Origin: Kudoa neothunni
Lineage: Eukaryota; Animalia; Cnidaria
Reading direction: 5' to 3'
Length of the DNA: 64,000 nucleotides
Assembly (NCBI GenBank): GCA_964304625.1
Contig: OZ199840.1
Location: forward strand, 3,609,631-3,673,630
The position numbers and the translations under genes are program-made. Of this stretch, positions 38,533-51,425 are shown piece after piece; position 1 is the first letter of the stretch, and every line of letters begins with the position of its first letter. The notes beneath the pieces were generated by a model. It was not told the origin of the DNA. It was given only the letters and a program-made list of their open reading frames with translations, and ran no database searches.

Positions 38533-40732
38533 CAGTCAAACCCCGTTTATCCGGAATTCGTTTAACCGAAAATCGCACTATCCGAACGATTTTTTAAAAT
38601 TTATTTGAAATCGGTGTATATCCTAAATGAAGAAATTTCGTTTAACCGAAAATTCAGTAACCGCAATCCGAAACAACTTTTTGCTGGAATTTTCGGATAA
38701 GGTGCTCTTCGCTTATTGCGCATACTCATTTTTGTGTTAAATACGACTAAATGTAGCGTTAATATAACTTTATTTGAGAAGTTTTCGGATACGCTTATAA
38801 TTAATTTCCATAAAAAAATTTTTACTATTTCAAATTAATGAATCATTTTATAACTGGTTTAAGTATAAGATAGTCTAACGCCGCGCAGTTTAAAAATGTC
38901 AACAATGCGTGACCAAAAGCGTTCAAGAATTGTTTTAAATCCAAGCAATAAAGCATTTATCTGTAAAATAAAGGCGAATAATCCAAAAATGACTCTATCC
39001 GAAATATCTCATGCTTTTTACAAGGAAAAAAAGATTGAAAATTGGGATAAGCACTATTGCAGATATTCTGCGCAACTCCAATAAATGGAATATTATGGAA
39101 TCTTCGAATCGCATGACATCTCGGGACGGTAAACATGACAAACTTGAAAAGACCCTTTACATGTGGATACATCAAGTTAATGCACAAAACGTGTGCATTA
39201 ATGGGAATATTATTGTGGAAAAGACAAAAGAATTCGCTACCAAGCTCGGAATAGAGAATATTTCCTTTTCTTCTGGATGGCTTCATCGTTTTAAGAAACG
39301 ATATGAAATTTCGTCAAAATATGTTCGGGGAGAAGCTGGTTCCGTGGCCACTGAAGATGTCGAGAAAAAGAAGAAATGAGCTTAAATCCGCCTTAAAATC
39401 CTATTCTAAAAATGATTTTTATAACGCGGATGAAACCGGGTTATTCTATCATCTGGGGCCAAACAGAACTCTTTCCAGTTTTCACCGATCTGGAACCAAA
39501 AATTCGAAAGATCGCATCACCATACTCTTTTGTGTGAATGCGTCCTGCAGACACAAATTAAAACCTCTAGTGATTGGGAAATCAATGAAACCACGATGTT
39601 TCAAACATTTTGACCCAACACATTACGTGGCGTACAACTCCAACACGAAGGCATGGATGACCTCCATTATTTTCGAAGGTTTTTAAAATAATTTAAATTA
39701 CTTGATGAAGTCCCAAACGGGCACATTCTTCTGTTGCTCGATAATGCAACAAGCCATAAACATGCTGACCTCTCTAATGTAAAAATTATGATGTTACCTC
39801 CAAACTCAACATCCCACTTGCAACCTCTTGATGCTGGAATAATCAAGCCATTCAAATCAAAATATAGAACGTTGGTTACCAACAAATTTATTGAGCAAAT
39901 GGAAGATGATGATAAACTTAATGTAAATTTACAAGATGCAGTAAGATTTATTTACTCATGAGTCATGGGATTCTGTTTCTCAGAGTACCATTCAAAATTG
40001 TTGGATTCATACTGGAATAGTTTCCGGTAAAGAAGCCATCCCACCTAGTCATTCCACTAATGATGATTCATTAAATGATCTTCTAAAAGTTATCTCTGCA
40101 TGCCGTTACCAAAGTGCTAGAGCATATGTAGACTGTGACAAGGAATTAACAACGGGTGAAATCATTACTGAGGAAGAAATTATAGAAATTATAAAATATG
40201 ATGATGATAATAATAATGATAACGATAACTCTATATCTTCTGAAGATCCTGAAGTAGAAACCCCAGCTATTAATGATCGAGAAGCCATTACAGCTATTAC
40301 CACTACCATAAAATACATTGAACAACCCAGAGTCCATGACTTAGAAAATGAAAGAAAATTAAAAGACGAATTAATAACACTACTGACTCGATTTAAATTA
40401 AATGTAGAAAGGTCTAATTTCGGAAAGATGAAACAAACGCTTATAACTGATTATCTAAATAAATAAATACATCATGTATAATTATATGTAAATTAATCTG
40501 TCGTAATTTCTCAACATGTTATTGTTTATGCGTTATTACTTTTGTATTTTTTTAATTTATTTAAAATATCTCTTTCTTCAGAACAAATAAAAAGGCGGCA
40601 GCATTGATTAATATGGTTTTACAAACGAAATAATATTTAAGTTGTGCGCACCGAACTCCGTTTAACCGAAACTTCATCATCCGAAAGGAAAATGCCAGGT
40701 CCCCAGATTTCCGGATAAACAGGGTTCGACTG
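38533..40732 (+). mobile_element. pogo/Tigger (TIGD-like) DNA transposon, full length, 2200 bp
   Basis: 24-bp TIRs CAGTCRAACCCYGTTTATCCGGAA (22/24 identical), inserted in a (TA)n tract. Transposase 38896-40466 has a CENP-B-type HTH (S.GWLHRFKKRY), YNADETGLFY, LLLDNA.SH, PPNSTSHLQPLDAGII and C-terminal KQTLITDY, broken by a few 1-bp indels and one TAA. Confidence 0.93.
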
Positions 40733-41092
40733 TATATATATATATATGTATGTATACGCCATCATTATATAAAAAGTCGGATGATATCGCTTAATTTTAA
40801 TTTGATGAAGCATATAAGGGGAAAGTAACTTCAACAGACCATCACCATGACGTAAGCGGGTGCTAATCCTATAGCCGAACTCATGTAATCCGATAATCAG
40901 ACTTTAAATCAATAAAATCACTGTTTCATAATAGTTTTTTGAAACTTTAGTCGTGTAAAAACAATTAAACGATTTTTTTTAAATATCACAAACTTTTTAA
41001 AATTGTATATATGGCTCTCTATAAAGAAAACGTTTTTATCGCACATGCGTATTAAGGGCGAACACATCCTGGCAGTAATCTTTTATATATAT

Positions 41093-41757
41093 CAATGTTT
41101 CCCGCCGGGTGGCATGGAAATCTTTGAGCGTTTAATTAACGGTTCTTGTTGGACGTGGAAAATCCTGGGCATTGATGTGACATGGATAATGGTGAGATAA
41201 TTGGGCAGCGTGGCGCACATTGAAATAAATGCTGCGATTTTTGATCTTGTTTATTTTTAAACGAATGTGAATATCCTGAAACAATAAAATGCACAGATTA
41301 ATTGATATAAAAACGTTTAACATGGTTGTTGATCTATAGGATCGGAATGGTTATAATTCCACTGTTGCCACATTTATAACTGTGATCCTCTCTTTTTTTG
41401 ACTTATTCAAAAACAATATTGATTAATTTTCAATATTAATTAATTAATTAATTTCGGTGTATAAGCCCTGAATATAGAAAAGTTTTGCCTGATGCGGGCT
41501 GGATTACACAAGTTTCACTTAACGCGGGTTTTCACTGAATGAAGTAAAAATATTATTTTTTAAAGTCCATCTATAAATTAATTTAGATCTGATCAAATAC
41601 ATTTTAATTCTAATTCTAATGAAAAAGAAATATATATTCGTCATTTTCTAATTTTAATGTGGCATGAAGCTTGATTCAAAATTATAAGCAATTTAAGTTA
41701 AAAAATCAATACGTTTGAAAAAGGTGGGGGCGCAATAAAAAAAATCGGGGAACACTG
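41093..41757. mobile_element. hAT-type MITE (degenerate)
   Basis: Ends CAATGTTTCCCG and CGGGGAACACTG are imperfect inverted repeats of hAT type. The TSD matches only 5/8, so the pairing is uncertain. Confidence 0.45.
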
Positions 41758-41823
41758 CTTTAAATTTTTCTAGTTTTGTTGATAACATATTTTGAAGTTA
41801 TAGACGTATATTTTTTTAAATGT

Positions 41824-43800
41824 ATGAGCGAAAATTCAAACGGAACTCAAAAAAGTTCGTGGTATAATATGTGCTTCAATCAAGATTGGTTAAAAGTAGA
41901 GGATTTTAAGGATTGGCTAGATCAAGATGCTAAGGACAGCAATTCCAGCTACTGTAAATGTTATAGAGTTACGTTGAAAAATGTTAATAAATCAATGTTA
42001 TTCGAGCACCAAAACACAACTAAACTCATAAAAAATTTGGCAACCGCCGAATCCAGTGTAGATATAGCTCACTTCATAAAATCTAATAAAGCATCAATGC
42101 CAGATAATCAAATAGCCAAAAGCGAACTTGCAATCGTCGCCTACTTTGTCGAACATAATATTCCCTCGAATTGCATGGATCATTTCCTTCCTATATGCAA
42201 CATCGCATTCCCCGATAGTAAGATTGCGAAAATTTTATCGTTAGATTAAACCAAGCTATCATATATCATATATTGTTCAGGGTGGTTTAGCCTTCGAAGC
42301 AAATAGCTCCATCTCTGAGATATGCAAATATCAGAACTTTTCTTTAACAATTGATGAAAGTACTGATATTTCCGCAACCTAAGTTTTGGCAGTCGTGGTC
42401 CGATACTTTGACAACCAGAGACAGAACTGGTTGTAGAAGATGGGGCGGATCATAGTCTATACAATCCTGTGAAGCAATTATTAGCAACCAAACATATCAT
42501 CGGATTTGGAAGCGACAACTGTTCTTCAATGGTGGGGCAAAAGAACGGATTTCTAAAATTCTTAAAAGATGACGTACCATCAGTTTTTAATATTAGATGT
42601 GTCTGCTATTCAATCGTATTATGTGCTAGCCATGCAATAAAGCTTTTGCCATCTTATTTAGAGAGATTTTTAAAAAATATAACATCTTATTTCTCGAGAA
42701 ATAGCAAGAGATTACGAGACTTTACTAATGTTCAAGAGGCTCTCCATGTTTCGTGCTACAAAATACCAAAATTGTCACAGACTAGATGATTATGTCGGGA
42801 GAATGATTTTGCAACTGTACTAAATCAATATTCTGATCTCCTGTTATATTTCCAAAATGAGCAAGACTGATAAAATCGACGAAGCAAATGAAATCTACGA
42901 GATCCTTAACATTTCAACCACAAAACCAATGTTGCTTTTTCTAGAGTACGTTTTAAAAAAAATAATGTACTAAATTTCGAATTTTAATCTGAAGAATTTC
43001 GACTGCGTGTTTTATTTCAGTTGGTATCAACTGAATATAAGAATCTATTTGGCTCCTTCATTAAAAAAGAAATACTTAACTCAGTGAAACTAGCAGACAT
43101 CGACCCAACAAATTTTAATTATTACAAACCAGTTGACGGAATTTATATTGGAAGCAATGCATCCGCCTACATATTAATTAACCCTCTCGAGCTCGAAATG
43201 GAAGTAAAATTCAAAAGTGTTCGTCTTGGATTTTTGGTTGAATTATGTGACCGGATAAGAAAAAGATTTGACATGAATGAAAGCTACCTAATTGCATGAT
43301 TCATTACATTAGACCCAAACATAGCTCAAAATGTAAACGTTTCCCCCATTGTCCATCATACCATTGGCTGTCTATTTCCCGTAGATCGTAGATGAAGATA
43401 ATTTAAATGAACCTGACGATCAATGGCGGAGTTATCGTTTGATTGCTGAGAAACTTCAAATATCACAAGAAATCGCTCCGAAATATTGGTTCAAATTAAG
43501 AGATATCAAAGATGGTCTTCAAAGGTTGAAATTCGGTGTTCTATCGAGTTTTATGACGAATTTAACTATCATGCTTCATTCTTCTGCAAGTGTTAAACGA
43601 ATTTTTCCACTAATGAACACAGTAAAAACTAAACAAACTAACGCATCAAAGGTTGAAATTATAAAATGTAAACTCCTCGCAAAACAGTTGATCAGAAGAA
43701 ATAATAATACGTATTTGACGTGGCATCCAACAGATAAATTAATACATGATGAGAGCAGCGATGCTGTGAGCCAATGATATCTTGAACGCCTGAAAAATCG
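41824..43800 (+). pseudogene. hAT transposase (ZBED/ZNF862-like group), disrupted
   Basis: BED-like N-terminus (W..F..WL..C..C), IDESTD, GFGSDN.S.M.G.K.G, CVCYS..LCAS, QTR*L and dimerisation motif HSSASVKRIF..MN.VKT. Multiple stops and frameshifts; TIRs not identified. Confidence 0.85.
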
Positions 43801-45682
43801 ATCTAACTTGTTAAATGTGTTAAAGAGGGCTGTGAAGATGATAAAAACGATTCGAATGATGATAAAAATTATAAAACGCTTATAGAATAAAAAATGTTGC
43901 TATTTTAAAACTATAATTGTGTTTTCTTTGCGACCTTTGGTTTTTCCCCATACACTCATTGGACGCACTTTTTTCTTGGTCCCGAGGGGAGTATGTGAAA
44001 TTGGTTCCTTACTGTATTACTTAAACAGTGATATACTAGAGTTTTAACAGAAACAATACATAAAATCTTATAACTGTACAACTTATTAGAATAATGATTG
44101 ATTTGAAGTGATAAATAAAATAATTGTGATTGGATGGACCAAATATGAGGTTTTTGGTTCTAAATGTGGTAGAATCTACGGTTTGTAAGGCAGTTAAACT
44201 TTTTACGTCAAATTTTCTCGTTGGTATCGTAGGATAATATATTAAGTGCAAAAGATTGATTAAAACGATTTAAAAACTTAAAAGGAAAAATCTTGTCACT
44301 AAATATCATCAAATTACTTTTTTATTAAATAAAATAAAAATCCTATTAGTTCGTACCATAACCATGTAAAACTTACATGCTATGTTTAAAATTCATTGAA
44401 AATTTATTTTGTACCTGAATTGTAAACAGTGACCTAATATAATAAATATATTTACATCGATCAATTTTTTTTGTGCATGCGCGACAATAGGTGTGCCAAC
44501 TTCTAATTTTTAAAATTATACAGTATCAACAAATATTCAAATTTTAAGCTTTTAAGAAGAGATACTAACGATTATTATTACACATTTAAAAATATTTAAA
44601 TCTATAGCTTCTAAAGAGATGCAACAGATCGAGTTTTAGTATGTATATTTTCTCCTATAGTAGATACATTATATAATTATAAATAATAATGACGATAATA
44701 ATTTATTACGTAATACACAACAGCATTCCCTTTGTAACTTTTTTAAATTAATTTTCAAACTTTTTCAAATATTTATGAATATTTTAACAAAATCTTGAAT
44801 AGAATCGTAACGTTAATAATGTGTTAATAAATATTGTTAATAATTTTAGTATACATTATTTATAATTTAATATGTTGTAAATGTGTTGTTTCGTGAAAGT
44901 GTAGTCATTATCAATGTGTTACAAATTGTTTCACTTTCTGTATAAACAATCACTCTAATTAGAGTATGATTCTTTGTCACTGGTGTTTTATGAGCGCAAT
45001 GGATTCTTTTTATGATTGTTACTACATGGAATATGACTATACCAAAAATAAATCGCATTGTTTAAAATGGCGCTATTTCAAAATTTTGAACGTTTATTCT
45101 AGCGCCATCATCAGGAATAGCCGTTCTCGATTAAAATATTCGAATTTTTTATTTTTTGAAAAAAAAATTTATTATTTTTGAATGTTGACACAATTAAAAA
45201 ATATCTTATACGATTTCTTATGAGTATGGTCGATGTAAGGTTTTTTCACAGGTAGATACTGAGTGAATCAGAATTTAATTGTTTATTGAGAATGATTACC
45301 ATAGAAACTAATTAGATGCTAGAGATTAACATTAAAACTACATAAAAATTAAGATGTTTGAGAAGCATTCCAATAAATTACCGTTATTTTTGATAATAAG
45401 AGCTGAATAAGGGGTAAATCAAAAATAATAATATCGCGGGGTTAATTTTTGTTGATTGATTTTTTATTTATTTTATGAAAAATTATTATCACAAGGTTTA
45501 TTAATGTTTGATAAACAGCTCACTCAACTGGGTATGTGAACTGATTGAAAAAACTCAACACTGATTTTTACACGGAGACGATATAGCACAATTGTTTCGA
45601 GTGAAAATACTGGTGGCGTCTATTCATAATTGTTTTTTTCTGCACACATTAGACCGAAAATTTGGTTATGGAGAAGAAATCA

Positions 45683-48600
45683 ATGAAGATCATCATATTT
45701 GTGCATGTAGTTATTTTTATTTGCCGTGATGTTGAGTTGAAAAATATGACATTAACACCAAGTAAATTTCATCAGTTACAATTGTTTTGTTTTTGACTAA
45801 AAAAATAACTTTAAGATGTAGATAAAAAAATTAACGCTTCATCTCACCATCCAATGACACAAAAAGTTAATATTCACACTCATACTACTACCCACAACAA
45901 AGATGTTATATTTAATGCTTTAAAAAAATTGAATACCAACCAAAGTTTTGATAATAAGAAAAAGCCAAAGAATGCAGCCAACTTTAAGAATAATGATGGA
46001 AACCTTAAAGTTGACGGTAGTTGGCAACCTTACATGAGCGAAGGTCAAAATTCGGAAACCAAGCCATCTTCCTCCGACAAAATTGATGCTGCTATACCAA
46101 CGGGAAATAACACCATAAGTACCCAACAATCACAAGATAACAAAATAGACCAGTTAATGAATAAACTTGATTACACTATATCTACCTTGAATATCATTCG
46201 TCAAAATATGAAGCAACCAACGACGACTTCGGCTGGCTCAAATTCAGTCTCAAAAACTAAACGTAATTCTATAGTTATAGGTTGTTTTAATTTAAATACT
46301 TAAAGTGGTTAAAGCAAAACCAAAGCTGAAAAAAACTCCAGTCAAAAATATCGAATCAAAACAAGTAATATTAATCATTGAGAATAGTGACCCAATCATT
46401 ATTTGAATGCTTAAATGGACTTTTTTGTTTTATATAATCTGAATTTCTAGAAACATCGTTTAGGAAGGCAACGTAAAAAAATTTTCCATAGACCTAACGT
46501 GACATATGAGCATGTGATTTCCAAAAGATCGATCAATAATGAAAACTCTCCTACATCCGATAACTTATTCGAAGGGAAAGATATTACAGATGGTATTTTA
46601 TTGGTTTTTAAATTTAATGGAAATGAAATCTGTTAAAATAGATGATGAGTCGTTTACCCAATTTTACGATAATGCAATTCGTATACGACGGAGTCATAAA
46701 ACACACAAAAAGGGCGCTAAAGCCCCCAAAAATGTTACTATTATGGGAAAGTGCTACGAGGATGTGATTATTTTGCACCAAAAAGTTATAGAATTGTATT
46801 ATGCGTTAAATTCAAAACCAAAATCGATGCAATCTTCCACCAACGATTCCGCTATCACTCAGGCTTATCACAATGCCTTGGATGATTTTTATAAAGCATT
46901 CAATTCGACACGCGATTCCAATTGTGTGTCTATTAGAATTGTTCCATCAAACAAATACTTTGCTACTGTTGATAAAGGACATGTGATACTTTCGTCGTTA
47001 CCGTTGTTACCTTTTATAAATTTCACAAAATCATTGACAGTTTCTCCTCATTCGAACCTTGAAAATAAATTAAATGAAACGTCCAAAGAGTTCAGCGATA
47101 AAAACAAAACATCGATCAACCTTTTGCAATACTTTGTAGGGAATAGTACCAAAAGCAAGGAGGGACCATCGATCATAGAGTTCCAACCCATATTGAATAA
47201 TACCTTAAATTATCATCAAACGGTCAATCAAGAGAAGCACGTCGATAACACAAAAATAGTTAATAACTCCAAAAACATGACGAAACATCGCAAAAGACCC
47301 AAATATAAGAGTTATAACAACTATAATAATGTCAACGATAAACTATCTAATAAAAACCACCAACAAATTATTTACTCTAAAAATAAGGCTGGCAATAATC
47401 ACCATATTGGTAATTTTGAGTCAACAACTGACAATAATGAATTGGATGAGCTAAATATGAACATCCAACCACTTTCTAATAACGAAAATTATAACCACCA
47501 TAATGTAAAAGGTACATTATTCGTTTCATAATTTTTTAGATGTGTTTAAATATGTCTGTAGATCAAAATAGTCTAAATTTAAACTATTATGTTGTTCAAG
47601 AAAGTAAAAGACCACCCAACAAAAATAATGTTGAATATGATGATAAAACTCTTGAAGTTCTCTTCAATAATACCCTTAATTCTAATAATGATAATTCATC
47701 CACAGAAATTGATGATATTGATGATGACATTTCACCATCAAATTATAAAATAACCGATAGTGATAACCAATCGTTATTGTATAATTCAAGAAATCTTACA
47801 AACCAAAAAGTCATAAATAAACCATTAAAATCCCAAGCTACGTATCACATGGATTCAGCAGACTCTAGTTACAACTCAAATATCAAGACTTCGACTAATG
47901 CTTATGTCACAAAACAGTACTTTATTGATGCTTCTAAAAGTACATCTAAATCAACTACTCCTCCTCCACCTATTAGCGGTAACCCTAGCACTTCCACTAT
48001 TACTGTTAGTAATATTACTCCTTCTACTACCTTGAAACCTTCAATACCAGATCAAAATTCTGATCATCAAAAAAATAAATCCCTTAATGCATATTATGCA
48101 GCCTTCAAGAATTTGCAATTTTGGAACGAGAATCCAGTAGGCTACTTGCTCTCTTCTGGTCCCAATAGCGTCAATATTTCCTCAAGCACAAATTCCTCCG
48201 CGGACAACAGTATGGTTCCTATAAACAACACCAATAATTATTATCTCAACGTCAGCATCAATGCGAACTCCGATGTTAAGAAGCTGGAAAACGATGGTTT
48301 TGATAGTTCGCCAACCACAGTGGCTCCGACCGCTGTTGTTGCAAATGTTCATATTCACGCTTATAACAATCCAATACCGGACTATGCGCCCATTATTAAT
48401 ATGAATTCAAACAATACAGCTGATAAAAACTTCACAGCGGTTGTGAAATTGAACGAGGAACAGAAGAACGATAGCAAATTAAATTCGAGCGCCGAAGTTC
48501 ATCCAAGTTATCCTAATCCAGAACAACAAGAAAACCCCATCATTCCCGTTGTTGTTAGTGCTCCTTCTCCTACAACTGACTATTCTACTACTACTCCTCC

Positions 48601-50122
48601 TCCTCCTCCTACTCAAATCGTTTATAGTACCGAAACGCCATCTCCTCCTCCACTCTCTCAAGTGGTGTACGGCCCTAACACTCAACCCCCCCTTTCTCCT
48701 CAGACAATGGACATTCCTGATACACCAACTACCCAAATGGTTTACGATACTGACACAAATCCATACTCGTCTCCTTCGCAACCAATTTATAGTCCTATTA
48801 CCCCCTCTTCATCTCCACAGGTTGTTTACACTCTTAGTACACCTCAACCAGAAACTATTTATAACTCAATCCCCCTATCTACTGATACCTCCACTGTTCC
48901 CCCTCCGCAAGTTGATTATAGTTACCCTTCAACTACGACGAAAACAACAACTTCAGCTAACGTAATATCATTGGAAGCCAGTTCAACCCCAATGCCATCG
49001 AATCAGGATGCTACTGCGATTGGATATTCTACGGTAAATCCCACAGTACAAACACCAAATGATGGAACCGATGGGCCTGAAAATATTGAGTATCAACATA
49101 AAATTAAGCCGGTTCAAGGAGGCAGTGTAACATTGAGCGATACATCTGACAAAATAAATCAGGTGTACATTCCTCAAGAGGTACCACCTGAACATATTAG
49201 CACATCGAGTGAAAGAGAAACTTCTAATTCGTTAGAATATACACAAACTACAACTATCGAGCCACCGACGTATCTAAATAGTGGCTCTGCACAAATCAGC
49301 AGAACGAATCCTAATAAAAATCAAGATTTAAATACAGCTCAGGTTGATGCTGCTACATCTAACAATTCCCAAACGTCATCTGATAACGACCATAAAACTT
49401 TAGAGTTACATTCTAATGGGATAGATGATATAAAAGGTATTTTAATTCCTCAAAAAATTTATAACTTTTCCAATTTTAAAGACGAAGATGATTTCCAAGG
49501 AAACATCGTTACTTTTCCAAGTCCTCAAAACGCCGCATCTCTTGAAATTCCACTCATTAACGTTGATATTGACAACAACGTTACATCTATTTCGAATAAC
49601 AACTATGACATCAAAAGCAAGAGTAATAACGAATATGAAGTAGAGTATGAAGGGCCGTATTACGAATCTTACAGCCACACCGCCCAACCACAGCAGCCAG
49701 AAAATGAGGAATCACTTCAATACCAAACTGTAACAGCTTCACCAGGATATTCAGATACCTCTTCTTCACATATTCAAAATAAACGCGCCCACCCGTCAAA
49801 AGTTGTATCGCTTCATGAAACAACTATCGACACAGGAAAACAACAGTACTACTTTAAAGAAGTCAAACCAATCACCAACTATAGATCAGTCAATAGAAGA
49901 AGAAGTAAAATAGACAATGGAAGTAAAACAAAACCTCATTCAACAAAAAGTAAGTACACTAGTGACAGATTTACGAGCAAAAAGAATTTGTCACTACACA
50001 AACCAAATATTTTGTCTTCTAAAACAAGGATTTATCGGCATCCTCCACAACAAATTAGAAACAGCCAACACAAAAGATCAATCTACAAGAGAGACAACAT
50101 CATGCGCTACTCAGTAGACTAG
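45683..50122 (+). CDS. Orphan secreted/extracellular low-complexity protein (Asn/Ser/Thr/Pro-rich, mucin/extensin-like), ~1385 aa, 6 exons
   Basis: Exons 45683-45761, 45816-46262, 46306-46364, 46451-46592, 46642-47511 and 47562-50122 join in frame through short GT-AG introns. Hydrophobic N-terminus MKIIIFVHVVIFIC (alternative in-frame ATG at 45668), many NxS/T sites, no evident TM segment, no domain I recognise. Confidence 0.75.
48570..48930 (+). repeat. Degenerate coding tandem repeat (~11-18 aa units, consensus ~ PQxVYSxxTPxPP)
   Basis: Units: PTTDYSTTTPPPPP / TQIVYSTETPSPPPL / SQVVYGPNTQPPLS / PQTMDIPDTPT / TQMVYDTDTNPYSSP / SQPIYSPITPSSS / PQVVYTLSTPQP / ETIYNSIP.. / PQVDYSYP. Confidence 0.75.
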
Positions 50123-50958
50123 GAAAATTTGGATATAACTTGTAGTATTCTAAAAAAATTAGATGATTTTATTTGAATCGTTATCTATTTATTTTATTTA
50201 TCTAGAGTTTATTCTACGGGCGTTTGGCAATATTTATTATGTGGTAGTATCTATTTAAGAATAGATACTACATTTTTCTTTAATTGTTTAGAAACAAATT
50301 TCGGTTCATAAAATGGCATTAATATGGTAAATTTAGAGATTATTAGAAAATAAATTTAAATAACAAATTTTTGTATGATTTTATTTTTATTTAAAGTAAT
50401 AAAAATTATAAATATATAAAAATGCAATTTTATTAATAATTGCGAAAAAATTTCTAAAAAAAGTTAATAAAAATTGGATTCCGTTATGTGATAGATATTA
50501 AATATAGATATAATCTAGATATATGTAATTTTAAATATCTTTATCTTTCAATATATATAATAATGTCGCAACGTTGCGTAATATTGCGTAATATTTAGGG
50601 ACCGTTGAAAAAACTACGCAATATCGAGCCATCTCAGAACGCGTCGCAAGTTCAAATTTAACATTTCTTACAAAATAACTAAACTATTTCATGATTTTTC
50701 ATTTTTTTACTAAAATTAGCTTTAACAAAATTGTTAATTTGATGTACAGAAACAATTCTTTAGGATTCTCGCTGATACACGTCCTTTTTAATAGATTTAT
50801 GACATTTTTACATGAACTGTTGTAATGATTTCATCGTCATGTTTGAAACCAGCATCTCCACGACACAATGAATTCACCATGATTATCTACATTTATACGT
50901 AATATTTCATTCTATGGCAAGAAATAATATCATCAACATTTTTATTTATACATATAAG

Positions 50959-51425
50959 CAGTGGTTCTTAACCTGGGGTCCATAGACGAATCTAATGGGA
51001 ACCTTGAGAAGTTTCAATAAAAATTGAATTCAATTTTATTAATATATATTCACTATAATTAGGTATTTTTAATATTAACGTAATTATTAAGAATTTCAAA
51101 TATAATCTTGCGCTATTGTTTCATATAGATAGGTTCTAATTGGTACAAAATTTCCTTGTTTTATAATTTATTTTGTAAAAAAATTTAAAATAGTAAAAGT
51201 CATTCAATAGTTTATTCTAGAATAACTAAAAATTTTCAACAAATATTACTTTATGTTGCAAACTGTGTAAATAGAATGATTTCTCAGTTTACAACAGCCT
51301 GGTTAGCGAAACTGGATTTCCATAAAAAAAGTCACGAAATCGCTTATACGCGTGTTACACTTTCAAATATTTTGCCAGTGTTCTGCGAACTTGTTGATAA
51401 AATGCAACAACAAAAATCTCATTAA
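50959..51425 (+). mobile_element. hAT (Charlie/Buster) deletion derivative
   Basis: Left TIR-like CAGTGGTTCTTAACCTGGGGTC at 50959 and a transposase C-terminal remnant ...LSNILPVFCELVDKMQQQKSH* near 51360-51425. Right end not found. Confidence 0.55.

Noticed and set aside
48479-49823. Alternative-frame and antisense ORFs (poly-Leu, poly-Arg)
   Set aside because: They are by-products of the CCT/ACT-rich repeat in the large secreted-protein exon.
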